A stretch of 64,000 bases of DNA, taken from Acidimicrobiia bacterium. GTDB lineage: Bacteria > Actinomycetota > Acidimicrobiia > Acidimicrobiales > SHLQ01. A program made the position numbers and the translations under genes. The DNA is taken from contig JAWPMS010000001.1 of NCBI GenBank assembly GCA_033344795.1, forward strand, positions 1,158,992-1,222,991, written 5' to 3'. Shown here one piece after another: positions 29,379 to 38,852 of this stretch. How positions within the stretch are numbered: the first letter of the stretch is position 1; every line of letters begins with the position of its first letter. The notes below the pieces were generated by a model. It saw nothing but the letters and a program-made list of their open reading frames with translations, did no database searches and was not told the origin of the DNA.

Positions 29379-30179
29379 TCAGTACGAAATCGAAGAGCGG
29401 CGCTCGGCGAGCAGCAACGCACAGCCGAGGACGAGAAGGCCTGCGCCGGCCAAGACCAGAGCCCACGTCTTCGTCGATGGTCCGGTGATTGCGAGCAGCG
29501 GAGCTGGCGCAGCGACGACGACCGAGGGGTCCGCTACTTCAGAAACGGACGAGGAGTCCATCACTTCAACCGCGCGTTTGACCTCAACGGGCACCTCCGG
29601 GTCGTTCGGCACCTCCGAGACGACGGGTACCTCGGGCAGATTCGGTATGTCGGTCGCAGGCAGAACAGGTTCGTCCCCACCCGGGACTTGGCTGGGCTCG
29701 GCAGGTGTGCTCACGGTCGTGAAACCGACGCACATCGGTGCCACCGAGTTGATGCCGCCCTCGCCGAGATGATGCACGGTGATCGCACTCGCATCCGCTT
29801 TGATCACTCCGGTGAACGAGTCGACGGCGGTGTTCGACTCGTCTGGGATGTCGGAGGACACTGGCGACACGTAGCCGGAATCGAGGGTGAAGTACCACTG
29901 CTCCTGGGTTTGTTCGGTTTGGCCAGGATGATCGGCGTGATCGTCGAACGAGTGCAGCGTGATCTCATAGGTGCCCGCCGGCATGGTGATCGCAAACGGA
30001 CCAGCGCTGTCGCTGATGCCATCGTTGAGCAACCGAGTGCCCTCGAAGCCGAACGAGTACTCGCCACAGCCAGCGGCGGCGCCAGCGGCCGAGGCGGTCG
30101 CAGTGCTGAGAAATGCAGCGCCGGCCAGGACAAACGCAGCCGCGGCAAATCGAAGGGAACGCCTTGGTCGAACGGTCAT
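29379..30179 (-). CDS. Secreted cell-surface protein with LAxTG (class E sortase-type) sorting signal
   Basis: ATG at 30179 (GGAGGAAG SD); signal peptide; C-terminus LAITG + hydrophobic stretch + ERRSS tail. Confidence 0.7.
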   Translation of the reverse strand: MTVRPRRSLRFAAAAFVLAGAAFLSTATASAAGAAAGCGEYSFGFEGTRLLNDGISDSAGPFAITMPAGTYEITLHSFDDHADHPGQTEQTQEQWYFTLDSGYVSPVSSDIPDESNTAVDSFTGVIKADASAITVHHLGEGGINSVAPMCVGFTTVSTPAEPSQVPGGDEPVLPATDIPNLPEVPVVSEVPNDPEVPVEVKRAVEVMDSSSVSEVADPSVVVAAPAPLLAITGPSTKTWALVLAGAGLLVLGCALLLAERRSSISY

Positions 30180-30431
30180 GACAACAACTTCCTCCGTCAC
30201 AGGTTTGTAGCCATCTCTCTCCACAGTCTCACTATCGGGATGAAACGATGCACTTCGATGACACCTATGTGTCAATTGGTCGACAATTCGACTGTCTCGT
30301 GACACAAACCACATCCCGCACGGAGTCTCGCGAGGCGAAGAAGCAGCTCAAGCAGAGCCATAGATTGACTCTATGAGCTGCGCGATCATGGCGGTCTAGC
30401 GCTCACAGGTCAAACCTATGACCATGACGTC

Positions 30432-31481
30432 ATGGCAATCACCACGTCGGCCCCCGCAACGTCTTCGCCGGCACTCCCGACCGACACCCCAGCAAGCTTG
30501 CGTCGCGAGCGTGCTGTTGAGCTTGCACCTGGCGTCATCACTGCAGTCGCCCTGGCGCTGGTTGCCCGACAAATCGCTGGCTACGCACCGATCTCCGCAC
30601 TCACGTTCGCCGTTGTCGCGGGCATGGTTCTCGGCAACGTCAAGATCAACATCGAACGACTCCGCCCCGGGTTGATGTTCTCCGGCCGAACCATCCTGCG
30701 AATGGGAGTCGTCGTGCTCGGCATGCGCCTCTCGATCGGACAGATCGGCGACCTCGGTCTTCCCGTCATTCTCGTCATCGTCGCCACGGTTGCCGTCACG
30801 TTCTTCGGTACACAGGCACTCGGTCGACGGCTCGGCGTGTCCAGGCCACTCTCGTTGCTCATCGCCACCGGCTATTCGATCTGCGGGGCCTCCGCGATCG
30901 CAGCGATGGAGAGCACTTCCGACGCCGACGAAGAAGAGGTTGCCCTCGCCATCGGGCTCGTCACCCTGGCCGGCAGCATCGCCATGTTCTCGATCCCCGT
31001 GCTCGGCGACCTGTTCTCTCTTAGCGATAGGCAGTACGCGGTGTGGGCAGGAGCAAGCATTCACGATGTCGCTCAGGTCGTCGCTGCTGGCTCAATTCGC
31101 GGATCGGCTGTTCTCGCTGGTGCCGTGGTGGTCAAGCTGACCCGGGTCATGCTGCTCGCCCCACTGGTGACCGGTGTCAGCCTCGCCAGGAGCCATCGAG
31201 CAACCGAGTCGGCGAGCACTCGCCCGGCGCCGATCCCTGCATTCGTCGCGGGCTTCCTGGTCTTTGTCGCCATCCGAAGCTCGGGATTCGTTCCGAGTGC
31301 TGTGGTCGATGGCACCGCCACGGTCGAAAAACTCCTCTTCGCCGTTGCGCTCGTGGGACTCGGTGCCGGCGTGCGACTCGATCGCATTCGCAACCTCGGC
31401 GGAGCCCCACTGCTGCTCGGAGCGCTCGCATCAGGGATCGTTGCAACCGTCAGCCTCGGCGCGGTCCTCTTCACCGTGTGA
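30432..31481 (+). CDS. YeiH/UPF0324 family membrane protein
   Basis: 349 aa; GRTILRMGVVVLGMRL...LLIATGYSICGASAIAA is typical of PF03601. Confidence 0.78.
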   Translation: MAITTSAPATSSPALPTDTPASLRRERAVELAPGVITAVALALVARQIAGYAPISALTFAVVAGMVLGNVKINIERLRPGLMFSGRTILRMGVVVLGMRLSIGQIGDLGLPVILVIVATVAVTFFGTQALGRRLGVSRPLSLLIATGYSICGASAIAAMESTSDADEEEVALAIGLVTLAGSIAMFSIPVLGDLFSLSDRQYAVWAGASIHDVAQVVAAGSIRGSAVLAGAVVVKLTRVMLLAPLVTGVSLARSHRATESASTRPAPIPAFVAGFLVFVAIRSSGFVPSAVVDGTATVEKLLFAVALVGLGAGVRLDRIRNLGGAPLLLGALASGIVATVSLGAVLFTV

Positions 31482-31497
31482 GCTGCAAAGCTGCGGC

Positions 31498-31908
31498 ATG
31501 GTGCACAACGACCTGATTCTACCGATCTCCGTCAAGGGCATCCTCGGCCCACCGGGAAAGATCGTCCTGCTCCGAAATGAACGAGGCGAATGGGAGTTTC
31601 CCGGCGGCCGACTCGATGTCAAAGACACGTCACCTCCGATGTGTCTCCAGCGAGAGATCACCGAAGAACTCGACCTCGTCGTCGATGTCCAAGATCCCGT
31701 GCACTCCTGGCGCTATGAACCTCTCCCAGGGCACCACGTATTGCTCATTGCGTACAGATGCGAACTCATCGGCGACTGGCCCGAGCGCCTCTGGCACAGC
31801 GATGAACACCTCGGCGTTCGTCTCTTCGATCTCACCGAGCTCGCCGCCATCAACCTCCCAGCGGGTTACCGAGATGCACTGCGTCTCGCCGGGTTGGACG
31901 TCGGTTAA
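31498..31908 (+). CDS. NUDIX hydrolase
   Basis: ATG at 31498; Nudix box GEWEFPGGRLDVKDTSPPMCLQREITEELDL. Confidence 0.75.
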   Translation: MVHNDLILPISVKGILGPPGKIVLLRNERGEWEFPGGRLDVKDTSPPMCLQREITEELDLVVDVQDPVHSWRYEPLPGHHVLLIAYRCELIGDWPERLWHSDEHLGVRLFDLTELAAINLPAGYRDALRLAGLDVG

Positions 31909-33404
31909 AGAGCGGAGTGAGCAGCGGGAAACTCGATCTGGAAACGGGCTCCTCCAAGCGGCGAGTCGAGCACCGCGATCGTGCCGTCCATCTGCTCGAC
32001 CGCCGAGTGAACCACGGCCAGACCGAGACCGGCGCCACCCCGGTCGCGCGTGCGAGCGTCGTCGAGTCGAATGAAGCGCTCAAAGATTCGCTGACGTTCG
32101 TCCTCGGAGATACCTGGGCCGTCATCGTCGACCCATATCCTCACGACCTCACCAACGGTCTGCACACCGACCGCTACACGCCTCTCAGCGTGTCGTGCCG
32201 CATTGTCGAGTAGGTGCGCGATGACGCGGGTCATCACATCTGCATGCCCGACAACGCGACCGGCAGAAACCGCACTCTTGTCGACGGGAATGGCCCGGGA
32301 TCGCAGTGCCTCGGCCAAGACCACCTCGTCGACGTCGACCGTGGAAGTACTTGCGAGGGTTCTCGACTCATCACCGCGAGCGAGGGCCAGTAGATCTTCA
32401 ACCAACCGTTCGAGACGCCCGGACTCATTGAGCACAACTGCGGCGAAGTCATCGATGGTCGTCGAATCGGGCGCTCGACGAGCGACCTCGGCCTCACTGC
32501 GCAACACGGCCACCGGGGTACGAAGCTCATGCGAGGCATCGGAAACGAACTGGCGACGTTTGAGGTCCGACGTCTCCAAACGACCGAGCATCGTGTTCAT
32601 CGTTCGTGCCAGCACCCCGATCTCGTCAGCACTGCCCGGTTCGGGCACCCGATCGCTCAATGTTCCAGACGTGATCGCTCGCACCTGATCGGTGATGGCT
32701 CCGACAGGGCGCAAGGCTCGGCCGGCGATGAACCAGGTAGCGATGCCTGCAAGCACGGTCAAGATCGCGACAGCGATGGCCATCGTGTTGCGAACTTCGT
32801 CCAGCGCGTCCAGGCCTTCGGATACTTCGGCAAAGAATCCGATCCGGGTCGTACCAAATGTCCGTTCACCGAACGCGAGCTCGAGGCGTTCCGATGGGCT
32901 CGGTGAGCCGAATCGATCGAACCCGAGGGTGTCCAGATCGAAGAGATCCGTGACGGGCACAGCCGGTGTGGGCGGATCGTCGACAATGGCCGCGCGCCCC
33001 GCCGAATCGATCGAGATGATCTCGTCAGGCCCAAGCCAAATCAGGAGACGGTTGTCGTCTGTCCCGAACGCGCCGACGAGTTGACCAAACACTTCGGGTT
33101 CGTCGATCAAGTTCTGTATGACGAACAACTCGAATGTGCTGTCGAGAGGTTCCACACTGATGACCTCTCCGCCGATCAGCTCGTCGAATATCTCCGTCGC
33201 AACGCCCGCCTCGATGGCGCCGTCTTCGAATACGACTCCGTCGAACCCAAGGTCCTCGAAGAGCTCGATCCGCTCGTCGATCGCGGCGTCCTTCACCTGT
33301 GTTTCGAGCACGCCCATTCCGAACCAGAGGCCGAGCGCGAGCACCACCAATGTCATCACGACAATCGCCAGCGTGAGGCGGCTACGAATGTTCCAGCCAC
33401 TCAT
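31905..33404 (-). CDS. Sensor histidine kinase (HAMP-HisKA-HATPase)
   Basis: ATG at 33404 (ATGA overlap with the regulator stop); H-box FVSDASHELRTP, N/G boxes LLDNAARHA and DDGPGI...GGAGLGLAVV. Confidence 0.87.
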   Translation of the reverse strand: MSGWNIRSRLTLAIVVMTLVVLALGLWFGMGVLETQVKDAAIDERIELFEDLGFDGVVFEDGAIEAGVATEIFDELIGGEVISVEPLDSTFELFVIQNLIDEPEVFGQLVGAFGTDDNRLLIWLGPDEIISIDSAGRAAIVDDPPTPAVPVTDLFDLDTLGFDRFGSPSPSERLELAFGERTFGTTRIGFFAEVSEGLDALDEVRNTMAIAVAILTVLAGIATWFIAGRALRPVGAITDQVRAITSGTLSDRVPEPGSADEIGVLARTMNTMLGRLETSDLKRRQFVSDASHELRTPVAVLRSEAEVARRAPDSTTIDDFAAVVLNESGRLERLVEDLLALARGDESRTLASTSTVDVDEVVLAEALRSRAIPVDKSAVSAGRVVGHADVMTRVIAHLLDNAARHAERRVAVGVQTVGEVVRIWVDDDGPGISEDERQRIFERFIRLDDARTRDRGGAGLGLAVVHSAVEQMDGTIAVLDSPLGGARFQIEFPAAHSAL

Positions 33405-34075
33405 TTGGCGCCCACCGCTTGATAGCCGATGCCTCGCACCGTCTTGACGGTCTCGGTACCGAACGGGCGATCGATCTTCCGGCGCACGTACCCGACGTAC
33501 ACCTCGATGATGTTGGGGTCTCCATCGAAGTCCATGCCCCACACCGCGTCGATCAACTCACGCTTTGAGACCACCTGCGGGGCTCTCCGAAGCAACGTCT
33601 CGAGGACCGAGAACTCGCGCGGCGTGAGGTCGATCGGCGTGTCTCCCCGGCGGCAGTGCATTGCCCCAGGGTCGAGGGCGAGGTCACCAACGATCAATTC
33701 CATCGGACGTGCGGTGGCGCCCCGCCGGACGAGCGACCGCAACCGCGCAACGAGGACGACGTGGGAGAACGGCTTGCGCAAATAGTCGTCTGCTCCGAGG
33801 TCGAACGCGTCGGCCTCGTCGTATTCACCGTCCTTGGCCGTCAGCATGATGATCGGTGTCCAGACCTCATCCTCGCGGAGCTTGCGGCACACCTCATAGC
33901 CATTCATGCCGGGAAGCATGATGTCGAGCACGATGACGTCGTATTCACCTTCACGCGCTCTCCAGAGACCGTCGAGACCATCAGCGACGTGATCGATGCT
34001 CATGCCTTCGGCTTCGAGGCCGCGACGAAGAGAGTCGGCAAGGGTCAACTCGTCTTCCACCAGCAGCACTCGCAT
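33401..34075 (-). CDS. OmpR/PhoB-family response regulator
   Basis: MRVLLVEDE..., phospho-acceptor VIVLDIMLPGMNG, winged-helix LTPREFSVLETLL...VRGIGY. Confidence 0.9.
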   Translation of the reverse strand: MRVLLVEDELTLADSLRRGLEAEGMSIDHVADGLDGLWRAREGEYDVIVLDIMLPGMNGYEVCRKLREDEVWTPIIMLTAKDGEYDEADAFDLGADDYLRKPFSHVVLVARLRSLVRRGATARPMELIVGDLALDPGAMHCRRGDTPIDLTPREFSVLETLLRRAPQVVSKRELIDAVWGMDFDGDPNIIEVYVGYVRRKIDRPFGTETVKTVRGIGYQAVGAK

Positions 34076-34210
34076 CACACCAGTGTGCACACACTTCCTG
34101 AAGCAATCCTGAGAACGTCCTCAGCTGCTCTCAGGCTGCATTCAGCCACGATCGGCACTCTTTGGTCATCACCCAGAACGGGTGCCCACAACCAAGGAGA
34201 ATCCCCCACC

Positions 34211-34930
34211 ATGGAAGAAACCCCCACTCCCGACCTCCCCCGGTCGAACCGCAAAGCTGGTCTCATCGGCGGCGTGGTCGGATCGATTGGACTGGCCGCC
34301 TCGATCTTTGCTCTCACCGCCACTGCCGGCGCAGCTGGCCCCGTCCTCCAGGCCCAGGACGGCGCGTCCGAGTCCGAGCCGGCTCCCGTCCTCGACGAAG
34401 ACTTCCCAGATGAGGAAGCGTGGGCCGAGTACGACGCGTGCATTGATGCGGTATTCGAAGCGCACGGGTTCGATATCGACGAGGCGTTCGCCGATGTCGA
34501 GATGCTCGACATGGAGGACTTCGAGGGCGACTTCGACGAATTCGACTTCGGACCAGCCGTATCGATCATGGACGGCGAAGACATGAGCTTCGCCGAGTTC
34601 GGCGACGGTAACGGATCGATCACGATCACCAAGACCGGTGATGACATCTCGGTGACCACCGATGGTGACGTCGTGGTCGAAGAGATCAACTGGGACGACC
34701 TCGAGGCGGAAGGCATCGCAGTGCTCGAGGGTGAAGCGTTCGCAGGCGACATCGAGATGCTCGACGACTTCGACCACGAGGCCTTCGAAGAGATCGACGA
34801 AGCACTGTCGACGTGTGATGACCAACTCCCTGAGGGAGTCGATCTGGACGTCGAGTTCGGTGAGTTCGAAGACTTCGACTTCGACGAGGCAGAAGACGTC
34901 GACGAAGCAGAACTGACCGAGGCGAGCTGA
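34211..34930 (+). CDS. Membrane-anchored/exported, extremely acidic Asp/Glu/Phe-rich protein
   Basis: Track ORF trimmed to the ATG at 34211 (AAGGAGA SD); TM/signal AGLIGGVVGSIGLAASIFALTATAGA. Confidence 0.6.
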   Translation: MEETPTPDLPRSNRKAGLIGGVVGSIGLAASIFALTATAGAAGPVLQAQDGASESEPAPVLDEDFPDEEAWAEYDACIDAVFEAHGFDIDEAFADVEMLDMEDFEGDFDEFDFGPAVSIMDGEDMSFAEFGDGNGSITITKTGDDISVTTDGDVVVEEINWDDLEAEGIAVLEGEAFAGDIEMLDDFDHEAFEEIDEALSTCDDQLPEGVDLDVEFGEFEDFDFDEAEDVDEAELTEAS

Positions 34931-34964
34931 TTGGCTTTGTCCGTTTGAGAATTCCCTCCACCTG

Positions 34965-35001
34965 AGCGGTGCTGGTCGGCCCTTGGCTGATCAGCACCGC
35001 T
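34965..35001 (+). terminator. 10-bp perfect stem hairpin between the acidic-protein gene and the ABC genes
   Basis: AGCGGTGCTG-(17 nt)-CAGCACCGCT followed by TCGGTGGTT; no clean U-tract. Confidence 0.45.
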
Positions 35002-35052
35002 TCGGTGGTTGAGGCACTGCGAGTGTCACAGAGCGCCGCTAGTTTCGTTCGA

Positions 35053-35994
35053 ATGGAACACGTGATCGAGACCAACGGTCTTCAACGAAGCTTCGGCGAT
35101 GTTCATGCGGTCCGGGGGGTTGATCTCGCGGTGGCCAAGGGCGAGATCTACGGCTTTCTCGGGCCCAACGGCGCCGGGAAGTCCACTGTGGTCAAGATGC
35201 TCACCACACTCCTGGCCCCGACGGGTGGAACCGCCCAGGTGCTTGGACACGACGTCGTGTCGGGCGCCGATCAGATTCGTCTCCGAATCGGCGCCGCACT
35301 GCAGGAGGCGTCGCTCGACGACAAACAGAGCGGCCGCGAAATCCTCCAACTCCAGGGGGCGTTGTATGGCCTCACCAAGCCAGAAGTCAACCAACGCATC
35401 GACGAACTCTCCTCGCTGATCGAATTCGACGCCATCGATCGATGGATCCGCGAGTACTCCGGTGGTATGAAACGGCGCCTCGACTTGGCTGCTTCGCTCA
35501 TGCACAACCCAGACCTGTTGTTTCTGGACGAACCGACGACCGGTCTCGATCCGACCAGCCGTGTGCGTGTCTGGGAAGAGGTCCGAGCCCTCAACAGCGA
35601 GCTCGGCACCACGATCTTTCTCACCACGCAATACCTGGAAGAGGCCGACGAACTCGCCGACCGCGTCGGGATCATCAACGATGGCCTGATCGCTGCCGAG
35701 GGCACGCCAGACGAACTCAAGAGATCCGTTGGCGCCGATGTCGTTTCGGTTCGGCTCACGTCCGACGATGCACCAGCGATCGAGGCTCTGCGAAAGCTCC
35801 CCGATGTCGACAAGGTCGAGCAAGGACCTCGGGCATTGCTCGTATCGGTCAGCAACGGCGCAGCCGCGGTCTCGCCCATTGCCGTCGAGCTCGACAACAT
35901 AGGCGCACAGGTCGCAGAGCTGACACTGCGGACGCCCACGCTCGACGATGTGTTTCTCGAACTCACCGGTGATCGAATCGAGGTATCAACATGA
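35053..35994 (+). CDS. ABC transporter ATP-binding protein (DrrA/ABC-2 type)
   Basis: ATG at 35053; Walker A GPNGAGKST, signature YSGGMKRRL, Walker B LLFLDEPTTGLD. Confidence 0.9.
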   Translation: MEHVIETNGLQRSFGDVHAVRGVDLAVAKGEIYGFLGPNGAGKSTVVKMLTTLLAPTGGTAQVLGHDVVSGADQIRLRIGAALQEASLDDKQSGREILQLQGALYGLTKPEVNQRIDELSSLIEFDAIDRWIREYSGGMKRRLDLAASLMHNPDLLFLDEPTTGLDPTSRVRVWEEVRALNSELGTTIFLTTQYLEEADELADRVGIINDGLIAAEGTPDELKRSVGADVVSVRLTSDDAPAIEALRKLPDVDKVEQGPRALLVSVSNGAAAVSPIAVELDNIGAQVAELTLRTPTLDDVFLELTGDRIEVST

Positions 35995-36812
35995 CCACGA
36001 CAACCACCGGAACCATCCCCCGGTCGAACGTCCAGGCGAAGCCGTCTGGTTTCTTTCGCGATCTGTTCACGGTCGCCGGACGCGCTCTTCGGAGCATTCC
36101 ACGAGAACCGGAAACCTTCATCCCCGGCCTGTTCATTCCGGCGTTCTTCTTCATTGTGAACGTCGGCGCGCTCCAGGACCTCACCGAGAGTGTGCCGGGC
36201 GCTGCTGGCTTCAACTACCGCGAGTTTCAGCTGCCGACGGCGATCATCTTCGCGGTCACGGGCATCAGTCGCGCCCCCGGTCTCGTGACCGACATTCAGT
36301 CTGGCTACTTCGATCGGCTGTTGTTGAGCCCAGCGCGACGACTACCACTGCTGTTGGGACTCATGGTCGCCGACTTCGCTCTCGTCGTGCTCTTGTGCGT
36401 CCCGGTGATCATCCTCGGATTGTTCCTGGGCGTGTCCTTTGGAACGGGATTTCTCGGATTGCTCGTGTTCATTGCGATCGGCGCATTCTGGGGATTGGCC
36501 TTCACCGGGTTTCCCTACGCAATCGCACTGAAGACAGCGAACCCTGGCGCGGTCGCTTCGAGCTTCATCTTGTTCTTCCCATTCGCATTCTTGACGTCGT
36601 CGACCGTGCCATTGGAAAACCTCACCGGTTGGATGCGAACGATCGCTCGATACAACCCGATCACCTATGTGCTCGAAGGCATGCGGTCGCTGTTCGAGGA
36701 CGAATGGGACTTTGCCGACATCGGCAAGGCGTTTCTGGCCATCTTGATCTTGGGTGCGATCAGTCAGACCCTTGCACTGACAGCGCTTCGGGGGCGGCTC
36801 GACCGAGGCTGA
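35991..36812 (+). CDS. ABC-2 type transporter permease
   Basis: 273 aa, 6 TM segments; ATGA overlap with the ATPase gene. Confidence 0.8.
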   Translation: MTTTTTGTIPRSNVQAKPSGFFRDLFTVAGRALRSIPREPETFIPGLFIPAFFFIVNVGALQDLTESVPGAAGFNYREFQLPTAIIFAVTGISRAPGLVTDIQSGYFDRLLLSPARRLPLLLGLMVADFALVVLLCVPVIILGLFLGVSFGTGFLGLLVFIAIGAFWGLAFTGFPYAIALKTANPGAVASSFILFFPFAFLTSSTVPLENLTGWMRTIARYNPITYVLEGMRSLFEDEWDFADIGKAFLAILILGAISQTLALTALRGRLDRG

Positions 36813-36867
36813 TCTGCGTGTCTGAAAACCGCTAGTACTTCGGTGGTGTGCCCGGCACACTGAGCAC

Positions 36868-37689
36868 ATGCACAGTTCGGACGCCCTTCGACTCGACGAA
36901 GACCGCTGCTACGACGCGCTCGTCAGCCGCGATCGGCGATTCGATGGGCAATTCATTGCGGCGATCACCTCAACCGGAATCTACTGCCGACCAAGCTGCC
37001 CGGCTCCTGTGCGCCCGAAACGCAAGAACGTGCGGGTGTACGCGACGGCCGCGGCCGCGCAACAGGGTGGATTCCGGTCGTGTAAACGTTGCAGGCCCGA
37101 CGCGGCGCCAGGATCACCGGAGTGGGATCGCCGCGGCGACCTCGTTGGTCGAGCGATGCGGCTCATCGAACGCGGTGAAATCGATCGCATCGGCGTGAAG
37201 GGTTTGGCTGCTCGCCTTCATGTGAGCGAACGGCATCTCAACCGCATGTTGAACGAAGCCGTCGGCGCCGGTCCCATTGCGCTTGCCAGAGCGCAACGCG
37301 CCAACCTCGCTCGAGTACTTCTCGAGACCACCCAAGTACCCGTCACCGACACGGCGTTCGCCGCCGGCTTCGCCAGCATCCGACAGTTCAACGACACGAT
37401 TCGAGCCGTCTACGATCGCACCCCGAGCGAACTTCGACAGAACGCCAGCAACCAAACCGCCGACAGCGCTGAAACGTCGAGTCCATTGGAGATCCGGCTG
37501 TGGTTGCCCGCGCGTGCGCCCGTCGATCATGACTGGATGTTCGGATTTCTGTCTGGCCACGCGACACCAGGGATCGCCACCGGAGACCGATCCTCGTTCT
37601 CTCGATCGCTCTCGTTGCCCGGCGGTCCTGCTCGAGTACACGCACGCCATGACCCACAAAACGCGGCAGGTCTATGGGCAACGTTCTAA
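36868..37689 (+). CDS. Ada N-terminal (methylphosphotriester methyltransferase Zn domain) - AraC HTH - partial AlkA N-domain protein, ends at in-frame TAA
   Basis: YCRPSCPAPVRPKRKNV...GFRSCKRCRPD matches the E. coli Ada Cys4 site; AraC HTH; the next ORF continues in the same frame. Confidence 0.8.
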   Translation: MHSSDALRLDEDRCYDALVSRDRRFDGQFIAAITSTGIYCRPSCPAPVRPKRKNVRVYATAAAAQQGGFRSCKRCRPDAAPGSPEWDRRGDLVGRAMRLIERGEIDRIGVKGLAARLHVSERHLNRMLNEAVGAGPIALARAQRANLARVLLETTQVPVTDTAFAAGFASIRQFNDTIRAVYDRTPSELRQNASNQTADSAETSSPLEIRLWLPARAPVDHDWMFGFLSGHATPGIATGDRSSFSRSLSLPGGPARVHARHDPQNAAGLWATF

Positions 37690-37737
37690 CTGCAGGGCCT
37701 CAGCGATCTTGCCGACGCAATCTCTCGGACGCGTCGA

Positions 37738-38355
37738 ATGTTCGACCTCGATGCGGACCCCGAACACATCGATGAGACCTTGGGGTCAGACCCCGTGATT
37801 GGACCATTGCGCCGGCAGCGACCAGGCGTACGGGTCCCGGGTGCGGTCGACGGATACGAAGCCGCCCTTGGCGCGATCATCGGTCAACAGATTTCCGTAG
37901 CGGGAGCGAACACGATGATGGGTCGACTGGTCGACGCCGCACCTACCCCGATCGACTCGCTTCACCGTACGTTTCCCGACGCGACGACGGTCGCGAACAT
38001 GGATCTGAGTTCGATCGGCCTCACCACCCGTCGCCAGGCAACCATCAGGGCCTTGACGGACAGCGTGCTCGACGGCGCGATCGATCTCGACCCGGGCGCC
38101 GATCGAGAATCGACTCGAGCTTCATTGCTGGAGCTTCCAGGAATCGGTCCGTGGACCGCCGATGTGATCGCGATGAGAGCACTCGGAGATCCCGACGTCT
38201 TGCTCGCCTCGGATCTCGTCATCGGAAGACGGCTCGCCGAAACCAACAGTGGCGACTTGGCCCATCTCTCCCCGTGGCGTTCGTATGTCACCTGCACCTT
38301 GTGGGCCACGCGAGATGACCAGACCACACTCCCCAAGAAGGAATCACGCTCATGA
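37738..38355 (+). CDS. alkA: DNA-3-methyladenine glycosylase II (HhH-GPD domain), 3' part of the split ada-alkA
   Basis: MFDLDADPEHI aligns with E. coli AlkA SRLFDLQCNPQIV; HhH LPGIGPWTADVIAMRALGDPDVLLASDL with the catalytic Asp context. Confidence 0.8.
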   Translation: MFDLDADPEHIDETLGSDPVIGPLRRQRPGVRVPGAVDGYEAALGAIIGQQISVAGANTMMGRLVDAAPTPIDSLHRTFPDATTVANMDLSSIGLTTRRQATIRALTDSVLDGAIDLDPGADRESTRASLLELPGIGPWTADVIAMRALGDPDVLLASDLVIGRRLAETNSGDLAHLSPWRSYVTCTLWATRDDQTTLPKKESRS

Positions 38356-38843
38356 AGACACTCACTCGTTCGACCGTCGATTCTCCCGTTGGGCTGCTCC
38401 GCCTGATCGGGTCCGACTCTGGGCTCCGAGCCATCCTCTGGCCCGAAGAACGCGAGGGTCGGGTGACCTTCGATGAAACGATCATCGATGGAGAACACCC
38501 AGTTCTCACCGAGACCGCGACGCAACTCGCGAGTTATCTCGCCGGAGATCGGCACGACTTCGACCTTCCACTCGATCCCGTCGGTACGGACTTCCAACGC
38601 GAGGTATGGGCCGGGCTGCAAGAGATTCCCTACGGCGAGACCCAGACCTACGGCGAGTTGGCAGATTCACTCGAAAAACCAGGCGCCGCGCGTGCTGTCG
38701 GAGCGGCAACCGGCCGCAATCCGATTTCGATCGTGATTCCTTGTCATCGCTTGGTCGGATCGACCGGAGCACTCACCGGTTTTGCCGGTGGGATCGAATC
38801 GAAACGCTGGCTGCTCAACCACGAATCGAACAGCCTCTTCTGA
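38352..38843 (+). CDS. ogt: Methylated-DNA--protein-cysteine methyltransferase
   Basis: 163 aa; active site IVIPCHRLVGSTG; ATGA overlap with alkA. Confidence 0.9.
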   Translation: MKTLTRSTVDSPVGLLRLIGSDSGLRAILWPEEREGRVTFDETIIDGEHPVLTETATQLASYLAGDRHDFDLPLDPVGTDFQREVWAGLQEIPYGETQTYGELADSLEKPGAARAVGAATGRNPISIVIPCHRLVGSTGALTGFAGGIESKRWLLNHESNSLF

Positions 38844-38852
38844 CGAACGGCG

